A DNA stretch of 64,000 nt from an uncultured Candidatus Poseidoniales archaeon. Lineage in GTDB: Archaea > Thermoplasmatota > Poseidoniia > Poseidoniales > Thalassarchaeaceae. The stretch covers positions 14,032-78,031 of the forward strand of contig CAZLVU010000005.1 in NCBI GenBank assembly GCA_964563355.1. The letters run 5' to 3'. This document shows positions 55,935-64,000 of this stretch, in pieces; within the stretch, counting starts at the first letter, position 1, and each line of letters opens with the position of its first letter. The translations under genes were made by a program, and so were the position numbers. The notes beneath the pieces are model-generated. The model made no database searches and was not told the DNA's origin. It saw only the letters and a program-made list of their open reading frames with translations.

Positions 55935-57515
55935 CTAAAGTCCCAAAAGACTTGCTACGAAGGGTAACAAGGGCGAAGCGACCGCTAGGAAAGCGCCGAA
56001 CATGAATACTGCTCCCGTAGTCATCCTTAGCCGAGTGAATAGGTCCGACCTGACTTGTGCAGTAAGGACCTTCCCGGATATCAGGTTCCCTGAAGAGTCC
56101 TCCAGCCTGACAGTTACAGTTGTCTCGCCCATGGATGATGGTATCAGGCTCTGCCAAATTATTCTGGAAGATAACACAGATTCTGCCAATCTCTCGAAAC
56201 CCCTCTTGCCATCGAGGGAGGTGCTTCCAAGAGGCTCGGCTCGAAGTCTGTAAACACACTCGTTTGGTCTGAAGTCTGGAGTCTGGACTCTGAGAATCAG
56301 GTCCTGACTTTCATCTGTCTGATTTAGGATGAAAGCGAAGAGGTTAGCCTCGCCTAGTGTCAGGTTTTCCATGTCAACATCGAACCAAACGCCGGAAAAA
56401 TCGGTCTTCGTGAGATGCATTCTGAGCCTATCATTCAATCTGAAAAACGGCGCACATCTGGTTCTAGCGTGGAGGAGTAAACGATCCAGAGTCTCCTCTC
56501 CCATCTCAGGGTGATTGATGATTTGTTCTACGGTCTTTGAGTCTAGTACCGATTCTAGAGAGGTGTGGAAATCCTCCTCATCGATGATCCCTGAACGGAG
56601 CATGTGAAGCATTTGCAAAAGATGCTCCTGCAGCTCGGAGAGACTGGTGCCCTTGCGTAAATCATTGGAAAACGAAGAGACGTATTTCGAAACACGCACA
56701 GTTAGAAGAGGGTCAACATGTGCCCTAATTACGTCTGAAAAGGGCTTATCCAGTAGAGCGGGGTGAATAGGGGGGGAAAACGCCTCCAAAAGGCCCCAGG
56801 GCTCAATTGTGTTGAATCGAGGTCGATTGGAGACCATGTAAACGCTGTGCCCCGATAATAGAGCGCCAGTAGAGAGTGCAATCAGCACTGGAACACCTTG
56901 GGTCTCAGTTGAGAAGTTTAGCGCTACACCGAGCAACAGCGTTGCGATTACCATCAAGGTAGTTGTGAGGTTAAGTTGACTCGAGGCCCCATCAATTACT
57001 GCTTTCATCTCAGAGTATCCATGAGCGCTTCTGAATGTGACACCGGCGCTTGTAATTTGGTCAGTTTCAATTTGGAATATCCTTTGTGTCACCCACAATA
57101 AATAGTGGAGGACAAACAATAGGACCAGATCTGCAACCATGATAACCAATGACAAGAAGTAGATTGCCTTGGACAAGCTTAGATCGAAGAACAGCCCCTT
57201 AACGCTGCCAGACCACCAACTTGGATCCCCTCCCCTGTATGACTGTGCAAGACCAAACAGTACCACAACAATGATTGGCAAAAATAGAATTAGCCTGACC
57301 CCCCTACTAATCAGGAGGTCGTCCACCCCTGTCAACGCCGACTCTCGTGCTTTCAAGGACTTCTTGTATTCTCTTTCTTCTGTATTGACCTTGGAAACTT
57401 TTTCTGGCCCCCTCAAATCTGGAGCTGGTGGGGTCTGGGGATCCAAATCACTGATTAATGAGTCAAATTCGTCACCGACGTCTCTCAGGAGCCTGGAATC
57501 TTCTCTCCCGTCCAT
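55935..57515 (-). CDS. Hypothetical polytopic membrane protein with a large soluble domain and a C-terminal TM
   Basis: Cytosolic N-terminus, about 4 TM helices (residues 85-240), a soluble region of about 270 aa and a terminal TM (GAVFMFGAFLAVASPLLPFVASLLGL). Lies 4 nt downstream of the DtxR gene. Confidence 0.5.
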   Translation of the reverse strand: MDGREDSRLLRDVGDEFDSLISDLDPQTPPAPDLRGPEKVSKVNTEEREYKKSLKARESALTGVDDLLISRGVRLILFLPIIVVVLFGLAQSYRGGDPSWWSGSVKGLFFDLSLSKAIYFLSLVIMVADLVLLFVLHYLLWVTQRIFQIETDQITSAGVTFRSAHGYSEMKAVIDGASSQLNLTTTLMVIATLLLGVALNFSTETQGVPVLIALSTGALLSGHSVYMVSNRPRFNTIEPWGLLEAFSPPIHPALLDKPFSDVIRAHVDPLLTVRVSKYVSSFSNDLRKGTSLSELQEHLLQMLHMLRSGIIDEEDFHTSLESVLDSKTVEQIINHPEMGEETLDRLLLHARTRCAPFFRLNDRLRMHLTKTDFSGVWFDVDMENLTLGEANLFAFILNQTDESQDLILRVQTPDFRPNECVYRLRAEPLGSTSLDGKRGFERLAESVLSSRIIWQSLIPSSMGETTVTVRLEDSSGNLISGKVLTAQVRSDLFTRLRMTTGAVFMFGAFLAVASPLLPFVASLLGL

Positions 57516-57519
57516 CCAA

Positions 57520-58182
57520 TCAACCCTCTGTTAACTCGATGACTCTAGCAAGGACACTAAAAGACATCCCACTGGACAGCTCCAGACCCCTGCCCTCACA
57601 AGTAAATGCGCCATTTGAGTTGGTGATTCGCGAGCCGATTTCTATTCCTGATTCGTATAATGTAACCCTCTCTACTTCAGACGCGAGGATTAGTTCAACT
57701 TCTGCAATGGAACCTTCAGGAAGATTGGCTATTGGCAACAGAATTCCTACCTCCGCAACGTCGAAGGACCTTTCAATTGCAGGAATCCTAGTCCCATCCA
57801 TAGTCCTCTCAGGAAATCCCAATAGCCTGTCTAAATCAGCTTCTAGCTCGTCGCTAATCGTGTGCTCCATCTTGCATGCTGCCTCATAAACGTCCCCGGA
57901 AAACCCAATTATTTCGGAAAGTAGAATCTGAAGAAGCCCCTCTCGCCGTTTTATCCTAGCAGCAAGTTGGAACCCCTCGGGTGTCAACCTACATCCTTTG
58001 TAGGGGACATGCGTCACCATCCCCTTTTCAGACAGCCGTCTGATCATCTCAGTTGTAGAAGCTGGAGTGACCTGCATCAAGTCTGCCAGTTGGGTTGTTT
58101 TGACAATAGCTTCGGGGGTTTCACTGTGAACCTCGAAGATTCGCTTCAGGTACATCTCCTCGAATTCGCTGAACCCCGACAT
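57520..58182 (-). CDS. DtxR/MntR-family metal-dependent transcriptional regulator with a FeoA-like C-terminal domain
   Basis: EMYLKRIFEV, wHTH TTQLADLMQVTPASTTEMIRRLSEKGMV, and the metal/dimerisation region ACKMEHTISDEL. Confidence 0.85.
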   Translation of the reverse strand: MSGFSEFEEMYLKRIFEVHSETPEAIVKTTQLADLMQVTPASTTEMIRRLSEKGMVTHVPYKGCRLTPEGFQLAARIKRREGLLQILLSEIIGFSGDVYEAACKMEHTISDELEADLDRLLGFPERTMDGTRIPAIERSFDVAEVGILLPIANLPEGSIAEVELILASEVERVTLYESGIEIGSRITNSNGAFTCEGRGLELSSGMSFSVLARVIELTEG

Positions 58183-58184
58183 AA

Positions 58185-59768
58185 CTAATCCTCTGAGGTC
58201 TCAGCTAAGAACTCCAACTTGCATACGGGGCATCGTGCCCTTACCGGCCTTTTCTCAATGGACACTTTCAGGGTCTGGTTACAATCTGGGCACTGGAGCA
58301 GATCGTCAGATGAGCTGGAAACTGGCTGTGAGGTTTCCTCTGATGTCGGCGCCGGGGGCAATTCCCCGACAGTAAATTGCATCGTACATGCTGGGCATTT
58401 GACTCCACCGAAGTGGTTTGAAGGCAATTTCAGTCGCTGGTCGCAAAAGGGGCAGGGAATCTCTATCTTTTCTTGGCTCGACTGATTTTTCCGAGCCTCC
58501 CTAGTAGCTCTGAAACCGGATTCGGAAGTTGATGGGGTTCTTGTTGAGACGGCTCGCCAAGCCAATGTCCCCGCAAGTATTGCGGCGATACCTGCAAGCA
58601 CCCCATATGTAGCTGAAATTATATCGAATGGCAGGTTAGTTTCATCCTCTTTGGGTTTCGAATCAACGGTGATAAAATCTGATTTCGTATACCCCCCACC
58701 TGCCCACATTACTTCGATCTCAACACGGTCACCATCAGGCCAAGTTGGAATCTCCATCACACTGGAATATTTGCCGCCGGGTTGCACTGATGGCGCCAAG
58801 GATTCAGCAAGGATTGATCGATCGGAAGCACGGATGAGTCTCACCTTACCGGAAGGAGCATGGTTCACATCCTCATTGGCTAATTCAAACTCAACCAAAG
58901 TACTCTCACCGGAGCTAGGGCCATTAGGGGAAAAGGATGCTTCGATGCTGAATAAAGAAAGTTCCAAACCCGGCATCTCTACATGAAATCCCGTAGCGTT
59001 TGAAGACATATGGCGTGGTTGCCAACTCAGTGGAATAATTTCCACGATGATGTATTCTGTCGTTGGATTACCCAAATCAAATTGTACCGTTCTCCTACCA
59101 GGGTTTAGCTCAAATGGGAATTCCTGCAAAGGCGCGGCATCACCTTGAAGTTGAGTGGAAGCACGAATTGCAACATCTCTCTGTCTCCCCGGAGAGAGGA
59201 ACACAGAGATCTCAAGGGAGAGGGTTTCGTCTAGTTCCCAGCTGACTGAGTCAACACTCAGATTGATAACCTGTGATGCTGCTATTTCAACCGAAAACTC
59301 ACCATTCAGAGTGGGATCGATTAGGGAATTCGGGCTCGTGAGCCACCAATCGTAAATCAGAGTGCCATCGTGTTCGGGAACGAAGGTAGCACTAACCTCT
59401 CTGCTTGATCCCGGAGAAATCTCCACCGGTATTCCAGAAGAGGAAATCGAATTAATTCGGTCCTGAAGGTTCAATGTTACCAATCCTGAGGCCGAGCCAC
59501 GATTACTAACGAGAACCGTGGCAACTAGAGGGTCCCCCGCGTGAGAAGGCTCACCAAGTAAAGCCACTCCGGTACCGCCAGCAAATGAGAAGTTTGCAGT
59601 ACCGTTAGATTCGGATGAGAAGCTAACACTGGTTGGCTCGGAATCGAGCATACTGCAGCTAGAAATGCTGAAGAATGGCAATGGCATTAGGACTAACACA
59701 ATCAAGAAGCAAAACGCCCTCTTCGTATTTCCTAGCATTGTGACGTCCTCCTCAATGCATCGTATCAA
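58185..59768 (-). CDS. Single-pass surface protein with Ig/CARDB-like repeats and a cytosolic tail carrying two zinc ribbons
   Basis: Signal/TM FCFLIVLVLMPLPFFSISSCS, beta-rich repeats (LVATVLVSNRGSASGLVTLNLQD; VEFELANEDVNHAPSGKVRLIR) and TM VLAGIAAILAGTLAWRAV. The tail has CPFC..17..CPAC and CPDC..17..CPVC. Confidence 0.55.
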   Translation of the reverse strand: MIRCIEEDVTMLGNTKRAFCFLIVLVLMPLPFFSISSCSMLDSEPTSVSFSSESNGTANFSFAGGTGVALLGEPSHAGDPLVATVLVSNRGSASGLVTLNLQDRINSISSSGIPVEISPGSSREVSATFVPEHDGTLIYDWWLTSPNSLIDPTLNGEFSVEIAASQVINLSVDSVSWELDETLSLEISVFLSPGRQRDVAIRASTQLQGDAAPLQEFPFELNPGRRTVQFDLGNPTTEYIIVEIIPLSWQPRHMSSNATGFHVEMPGLELSLFSIEASFSPNGPSSGESTLVEFELANEDVNHAPSGKVRLIRASDRSILAESLAPSVQPGGKYSSVMEIPTWPDGDRVEIEVMWAGGGYTKSDFITVDSKPKEDETNLPFDIISATYGVLAGIAAILAGTLAWRAVSTRTPSTSESGFRATREARKNQSSQEKIEIPCPFCDQRLKLPSNHFGGVKCPACTMQFTVGELPPAPTSEETSQPVSSSSDDLLQCPDCNQTLKVSIEKRPVRARCPVCKLEFLAETSED

Positions 59769-59831
59769 TCAAACCCAAAAAGTTCTACCACACAGGGCTT
59801 TAATGCATGAATTGACCCGTGCCGAAACGTA

Positions 59832-60668
59832 ATGGACAGTGAAACACTGCTATCCCTCGGACCGGAAGAGCTAGCGAACGCCCTCTTATTGCGTAGGAAG
59901 GTGCTGAAGGAAAGCCTTCCGGGTGTGATTAGAAATCTCGAGGCTGAGGAAGAAGCCCTTGCGCCAAGACTAGAAAGATCTGAGAAATCATATCAACAGG
60001 CAAATGAGAAAGTTGCACGTCTTAAGGATGTTCGAGATGGGAGTCAAAGTGAAGCCGGATCAATTCTAAATTCTGTAAAATCTTCTAGGGAAAGACTACT
60101 GGAAACCGGGGGTTTAATCAATCTAGATCCACGATGGAAGAAAGAGAAGCTTTTTGAAAAACTAGATGAAATAGAGCAAAAAATCCAGACTTCCGCTTTA
60201 GATCACAAAGCTGAGAGGTTAATGCTAGACAAGAGAAAGAAGCTAATTGAGGAAAATGAAAGTTGGCTGATGGATAGAAAAGAGTCAAACCCTGAAATGT
60301 CTGATTATATTGAGAATCGGCGGAAGATGTCAAAATTGTACAAGGGCGCCGACAAAGCACACCGAAAGATGCTTGAGGCGGTTGAGAAAGCTCAGCCAAT
60401 TTACGAAAAAAGGATGGCTCTGATGCTAGATTTGAGGGAAGTCAGGAGTCAACTAGACCGGGCAAGGGAGTTATTGTCCCAGTCAGACAAGGCAATAGAA
60501 CACTGGCAAAGGAGGTTGGAAGAAGGCTTTGATGACCTAGGTCGTGGATTCCCAGACCTACTGGCTGACAGCAAGATTGTTTCTGACGGTGGAGCTTCTA
60601 CATTTGCAAGGAAGGTCACGCCCAAGAAAAGGCAGAAAATTAGCAACGAAGGAAGTGAAGGAGAATGA
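59832..60668 (+). CDS. Coiled-coil protein, paralogue B (COG1340-like)
   Basis: Central LDEIEQKIQTSALDHKAERLMLDKRKKLIEE and a basic C-terminus KVTPKKRQKIS. ATGA overlap with the next gene. Confidence 0.55.
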   Translation: MDSETLLSLGPEELANALLLRRKVLKESLPGVIRNLEAEEEALAPRLERSEKSYQQANEKVARLKDVRDGSQSEAGSILNSVKSSRERLLETGGLINLDPRWKKEKLFEKLDEIEQKIQTSALDHKAERLMLDKRKKLIEENESWLMDRKESNPEMSDYIENRRKMSKLYKGADKAHRKMLEAVEKAQPIYEKRMALMLDLREVRSQLDRARELLSQSDKAIEHWQRRLEEGFDDLGRGFPDLLADSKIVSDGGASTFARKVTPKKRQKISNEGSEGE

Positions 60669-61630
60669 GCAAGTCCCAGAATAGCCTAGATTGGGGTGAT
60701 CTCGAAGAATTTGATAGGGATGAAATTGATCAATTAATTAGCGGGCAAAAAAGGACCCTCTCAACATTGGAAAACGAGAGGAGAGGATTACGGGCAGAGA
60801 GGAAGGACCAGGTAGAGATAGTGAAAGCGCTCAGATCAGTTCTGGGAAAGGTGCAAACGGCAGACTCTGGGCGTAAAAGGCTCCTAAGTAGCTTTCACAA
60901 ATCAAGGAAGCTTGCTAATAAGAAGAAGAAACTTAGAGACTCGATAAATGAATTAATTCCACCCCCAACAAAAATCTTATTGGAATGGTTAAATGAAACC
61001 CATTCAAGACTGACCACAATAGACAATGACCTTACCTCCGTTCCAATGTTGAACAGAGAACTCGATGCGTTCAGCCGATTCTTTGAGATTCAGTCGGCAA
61101 TCAAAAGAAAGAGTGTCGCGGAATTAGCACATAGCGAATATGCATCTCATATCAAGGACCTGAAAGCGATAACGAAACAGCTTGATCAGAATAAGGATGA
61201 TGTTGCCAGCAGCATCTCTGAATTAGAGAAGGGCGGCAACCAGTTGGGGAAAGAGGATGTTAACAGGAAAGAGGTGCGGAAAATCAGCAATCGAATCTCT
61301 TACATTGACAAAAGGATGGATGAAATAAATGTTGAAAAGCGAATTACCAAAAAGGAATTGGGGCGGTTTGAAGCCTATCATCGTATTTCTTTTAGTAGGA
61401 AAGGCCGAGTAAAGATTTCAGACATCAAGGATATTGCCGTCAGTGGCGGGATGCTGACTACAGCAGAAATGGGGGCTCTGCTCGATTCGGGAAGTCTGTC
61501 AAACCTAGAACGAGAAACTGGAGGTAAAACTGAGGAGGAATTCAAAACTCCAAAGAAGAAGATTAGAAGGCTTGGAGTCTCAAGAAGAGGTAGCAGAAAA
61601 GGCAATCTGGCAAGACGAAAGGAAGAATGA
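60665..61630 (+). CDS. Coiled-coil protein, paralogue C (COG1340-like) with an MBF1-like basic tail
   Basis: Heptad-rich sequence, C-terminal SGGMLTTAEMGALL and the tail PKKKIRRLGVSRRGSRKGNLARRKEE. Confidence 0.55.
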   Translation: MSKSQNSLDWGDLEEFDRDEIDQLISGQKRTLSTLENERRGLRAERKDQVEIVKALRSVLGKVQTADSGRKRLLSSFHKSRKLANKKKKLRDSINELIPPPTKILLEWLNETHSRLTTIDNDLTSVPMLNRELDAFSRFFEIQSAIKRKSVAELAHSEYASHIKDLKAITKQLDQNKDDVASSISELEKGGNQLGKEDVNRKEVRKISNRISYIDKRMDEINVEKRITKKELGRFEAYHRISFSRKGRVKISDIKDIAVSGGMLTTAEMGALLDSGSLSNLERETGGKTEEEFKTPKKKIRRLGVSRRGSRKGNLARRKEE

Positions 61631-61696
61631 TCGCATTTGGGTATCTTTGGTATTGCTTAAATGGGTTTCCAAATTCGGCTACTATGAGGACTTGCG

Positions 61697-62554
61697 TTGG
61701 GGCTAAATCACACGAGTCTCGAAGCAATCTTCGAGCCTGTTACTGAAAGGGTTTCTGCGAGGTTATCTGATTTCAAGACCAAGCGTGATGAGTTTAATTC
61801 AGATGTAAGAGTCCACCTTGACAAAAGAAACGAAATTAACAGGCAAGTCAAGGAGCTAATTACAGAGGTGCAAAATCAAAAGGAAATTCGTAACCATGCT
61901 AATTCCAAAGTTCGTGATTTGAAAAAGCTTAGATTGCAAAGATCGAATGAATTGAAGGAGCTTCGTGCAATACTAAGGGACAGCAAACCATCCAAGGCAG
62001 AGAGGGCCAAGAACGGAAAGTCTTCCCAAAAAATAAGGGCAATGATGAACGGTCTGGAATGGAAGCACCAAACCGGTCAGATAAATCCAAGCAAAGAGAA
62101 GGAGTTCATCTCCAAGATGAAGAAACTCCAGAAGGAGTATAACGAGGTAAAGGCAATTGAGGATGCAAATAGTTCCAAAATTCTCAACAAAGTCAGAGCA
62201 GCGGAGTCTGTGCAAGCTGAGGCCCACAAGTCCGTCGAGGAAGCCGTAGTTTCTGCCCAAGAAGCTCATGACCTTATGATTGAGTTATCCGATGAGGTCG
62301 ATAGGCTCAGGAGTCTTGCTAATTCGGAGCATATCGATCTTACTAAGATGAAGAAGAAGGCAGATGATTTACACAGCAGATACATTGTGTCACTTCGTTG
62401 CATTCACTCAATGCAAGATATGCTGAAAATATTAGACTCGAAACAGAGGTTTGACCACGGAGATGAAAAAGTGGAGGTTTCTGACCTCATGTCGAGGCTA
62501 ATGTCTGGAGACACCTTGTCGACTGAAGAGTTGATGTCACTACAGAGGAATTAA
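61697..62554 (+). CDS. Coiled-coil protein, paralogue D (COG1340-like)
   Basis: RDEFNSDVRVHLDKRNEINRQVKEL, central MNGLEWKHQTGQINPSKEKEFISKMKKLQKE, and C-terminal SGDTLSTEELMSLQ. Confidence 0.6.
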   Translation: MGLNHTSLEAIFEPVTERVSARLSDFKTKRDEFNSDVRVHLDKRNEINRQVKELITEVQNQKEIRNHANSKVRDLKKLRLQRSNELKELRAILRDSKPSKAERAKNGKSSQKIRAMMNGLEWKHQTGQINPSKEKEFISKMKKLQKEYNEVKAIEDANSSKILNKVRAAESVQAEAHKSVEEAVVSAQEAHDLMIELSDEVDRLRSLANSEHIDLTKMKKKADDLHSRYIVSLRCIHSMQDMLKILDSKQRFDHGDEKVEVSDLMSRLMSGDTLSTEELMSLQRN

Positions 62555-63534
62555 TGCAATTCGAAAGTTCGGCCAATCCTGCCATGCAATAGAATGTCTT
62601 CTTGTTCATGAATAATCCAGCCGGGCAAGAATAGCGGCCTTTGTCCCAATCTTGCGGAGTCACTTCTGAAAGACCATCTCTGTAGTAACATGCTTCTGAC
62701 CGGTCCTTTCTCTCCAGAGCTAGTCGTACCGTCCTGTCTCCTAACCTCAAGCAATTTGCCTACCATCCCAGGCAGGTTTTCCTCTGCAATCCATGAATCA
62801 TCAGGAGGGGGGAGGACCTGTAAATCTGGTACATTTTCCAGCCTTTCCGACTCATCAAAAATTTCAATCTTAGAGGACCATGGGTCTTCGTTCAACTTCC
62901 AGGTATTCCTCTCTAGCTCTCCTTCGGGCCCCTCCAAATCTCCGGTTACGACCCATGTCTTCGCACCTAGCAAAACCGGTGTGTATGTTGCGCCTTCCAT
63001 CCCCCTGACAGACAACCAGTTTGAAACGTCAATAATGGGCCTGAGAAAGTCAGTTTTTTCGTGGGTTTCACCTTCTTTGTCGATTGGGGGGGGATTTTCA
63101 TTCTGGTTAGATGGGTGATGAGCAATTAATTCGCCAGACATTACAGCCCTACCGATCCAGAGAGAAACCTCTTCCGGCCCCCATAGGGCTATTTCGGGGT
63201 CAGAATACTGCGAGTTGTCCAATAGTAATTCCCTTTCAGACAGAATCCAGTGCCGACCCTCGGGTGCGTCCACTGACCATCTTTCTAACTCCTGCTCGGT
63301 CAAAGGCAATAAATCAGCAGGAACATGCCAGACGTAGACTTCACGTGAGTCGTCCGTGCCTATGTCAGGAACCTTGGCCGCTATTCCCAAGCAATGGAAG
63401 CCATGTACTGTTCTCGCAAGTTGAACAGGCCTAAGTCTCACCGTTCTGTTAACCAAAAGGTCTCTGACCGCAGACTCCATGAAGCTAAGGGAGCATCTTG
63501 GGACTTTCAAACGAACCCAAGATCCGCATGTCAA
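62551..63534 (-). CDS. Hypothetical protein immediately downstream of rpl30e
   Basis: 327-aa ORF, 16 nt after the rpl30e stop on the same strand. No recognisable domain. The start is possibly at MESAVRD (63480). Confidence 0.5.
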   Translation of the reverse strand: MTCGSWVRLKVPRCSLSFMESAVRDLLVNRTVRLRPVQLARTVHGFHCLGIAAKVPDIGTDDSREVYVWHVPADLLPLTEQELERWSVDAPEGRHWILSERELLLDNSQYSDPEIALWGPEEVSLWIGRAVMSGELIAHHPSNQNENPPPIDKEGETHEKTDFLRPIIDVSNWLSVRGMEGATYTPVLLGAKTWVVTGDLEGPEGELERNTWKLNEDPWSSKIEIFDESERLENVPDLQVLPPPDDSWIAEENLPGMVGKLLEVRRQDGTTSSGEKGPVRSMLLQRWSFRSDSARLGQRPLFLPGWIIHEQEDILLHGRIGRTFELH

Positions 63535-63550
63535 GGGGCCGATTCAGGAG

Positions 63551-63847
63551 CTAAAGATTGGGGGCGATTTGGAGAAGTTCACTCTGACCTCCATCCAAAA
63601 CGCCGATTGAACTAACGGAGAATGGCTTTCCGCAGGCAGCACCGAGTTGTCTGTTAACCAACATCAGCTGGTGAATCGGGACGTTGGGGTAGCTGTTCCT
63701 AACTTCATTGATGAAAGACTCAGGACAGTTCGCGGCTACCAAGACAAGCTTGGCATCTCCACTCGCACAGGAAGTCTTTGTCTGACGTTGCCCGAATACC
63801 AAAATTCCCGAGCTTATTCCTTGCTTGAGCTGTCTAGCTATGTCCAT
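63551..63847 (-). CDS. rpl30e: 50S ribosomal protein L30e
   Basis: GILVFGQRQTKTSCASGDAKLVLVAANCP.....NVPIHQL...NRQLGAACGKPFSVSSIGVLD. Confidence 0.85.
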   Translation of the reverse strand: MDIARQLKQGISSGILVFGQRQTKTSCASGDAKLVLVAANCPESFINEVRNSYPNVPIHQLMLVNRQLGAACGKPFSVSSIGVLDGGQSELLQIAPNL

Positions 63848-63856
63848 GAAACCAAC

Positions 63857-64000
63857 TCAATTGTGCTCCTCGGGTATGTAAAACAGCTCCACACTGCCAG
63901 TGCCAAGGGAAACAGGCTGCCCAACTATGATGTTCTCTGTAACTCCAGACAATGCGTCCCTCTCGCCTATTACTCCCGCCTTTAGTAGATGGGTGACTGT
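63857..64000 (-). CDS. rpoA2: DNA-directed RNA polymerase subunit A'' (3' end only; runs off the window)
   Basis: The reverse-strand frame is open from base 64000: [47 protein letters not shown]. This is the conserved RpoA''/Rpb1 C-terminal motif, and its position upstream of rpl30e fits. Confidence 0.8.
   Translation of the reverse strand, partial: TVTHLLKAGVIGERDALSGVTENIIVGQPVSLGTGSVELFYIPEEHN

Noticed and set aside
1-64000. CRISPR arrays, rRNA genes, transposases and tandem repeats
   Set aside because: No regularly spaced direct repeats, no rRNA-like conserved blocks and no IS-type ORFs were seen while reading the window. This was a visual scan only, so short or degenerate repeats could have been missed.

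Overview
This is a dense (over 90% coding), archaeal-looking chromosomal segment with about 75 genes and no obvious mobile DNA or CRISPR. All calls come from reading motifs in the supplied translations and in the DNA; no homology search was run.

Archaeal markers:
- e-type ribosomal proteins S19e, L39e, L31e, S17e, S3Ae and L30e
- the 3' end of rpoA''
- PAN, Kae1, MBF1 and Tsr3
- a geranylgeranyl reductase
- a 7S-type SRP RNA
- tRNA-Val(GAC)

The content fits a heterotrophic planktonic euryarchaeote of the Marine Group II/III kind, but that placement is a low-confidence inference.

Metabolic blocks:
- Pyrimidine synthesis, with two different dihydroorotate dehydrogenases side by side (class 2, plus class 1B pyrD-pyrK).
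- A preQ0/7-deazaguanine operon: RHH-folE-queE-queC-msrB-queD.
- Methylmalonyl-CoA mutase and epimerase.
- A complete histidine-to-glutamate route: hutH, hutU, hutI and a split formimidoyltransferase/cyclodeaminase.
- FdhD with a YdeP-like molybdoenzyme.
- IscA with YgfZ.
- Single genes: SOD, PdxS, a 7Fe ferredoxin, a secreted subtilase, an RND/MMPL exporter, ValRS and a type IA topoisomerase.

The most unusual region is 54.9-62.6 kb. Four paralogous coiled-coil proteins bracket an operon that encodes an Ig-repeat membrane protein with cytosolic tandem zinc ribbons, a DtxR regulator and a polytopic membrane protein. Two of these coiled-coil proteins share a conserved basic C-terminal peptide (KKKxR[KR]LG[VT][SA]RxG) with MBF1.

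Other oddities:
- S3Ae carries tandem SAP-like motifs.
- An unknown 327-aa ORF sits where nusA normally follows rpl30e.
- QueC has all four Zn-ligand cysteines replaced.
- An orphan CxxxY-type CcmE.
- An orphan PqqD-like protein coupled to a tiny membrane peptide.
- An AT-rich spacer next to the tRNA.
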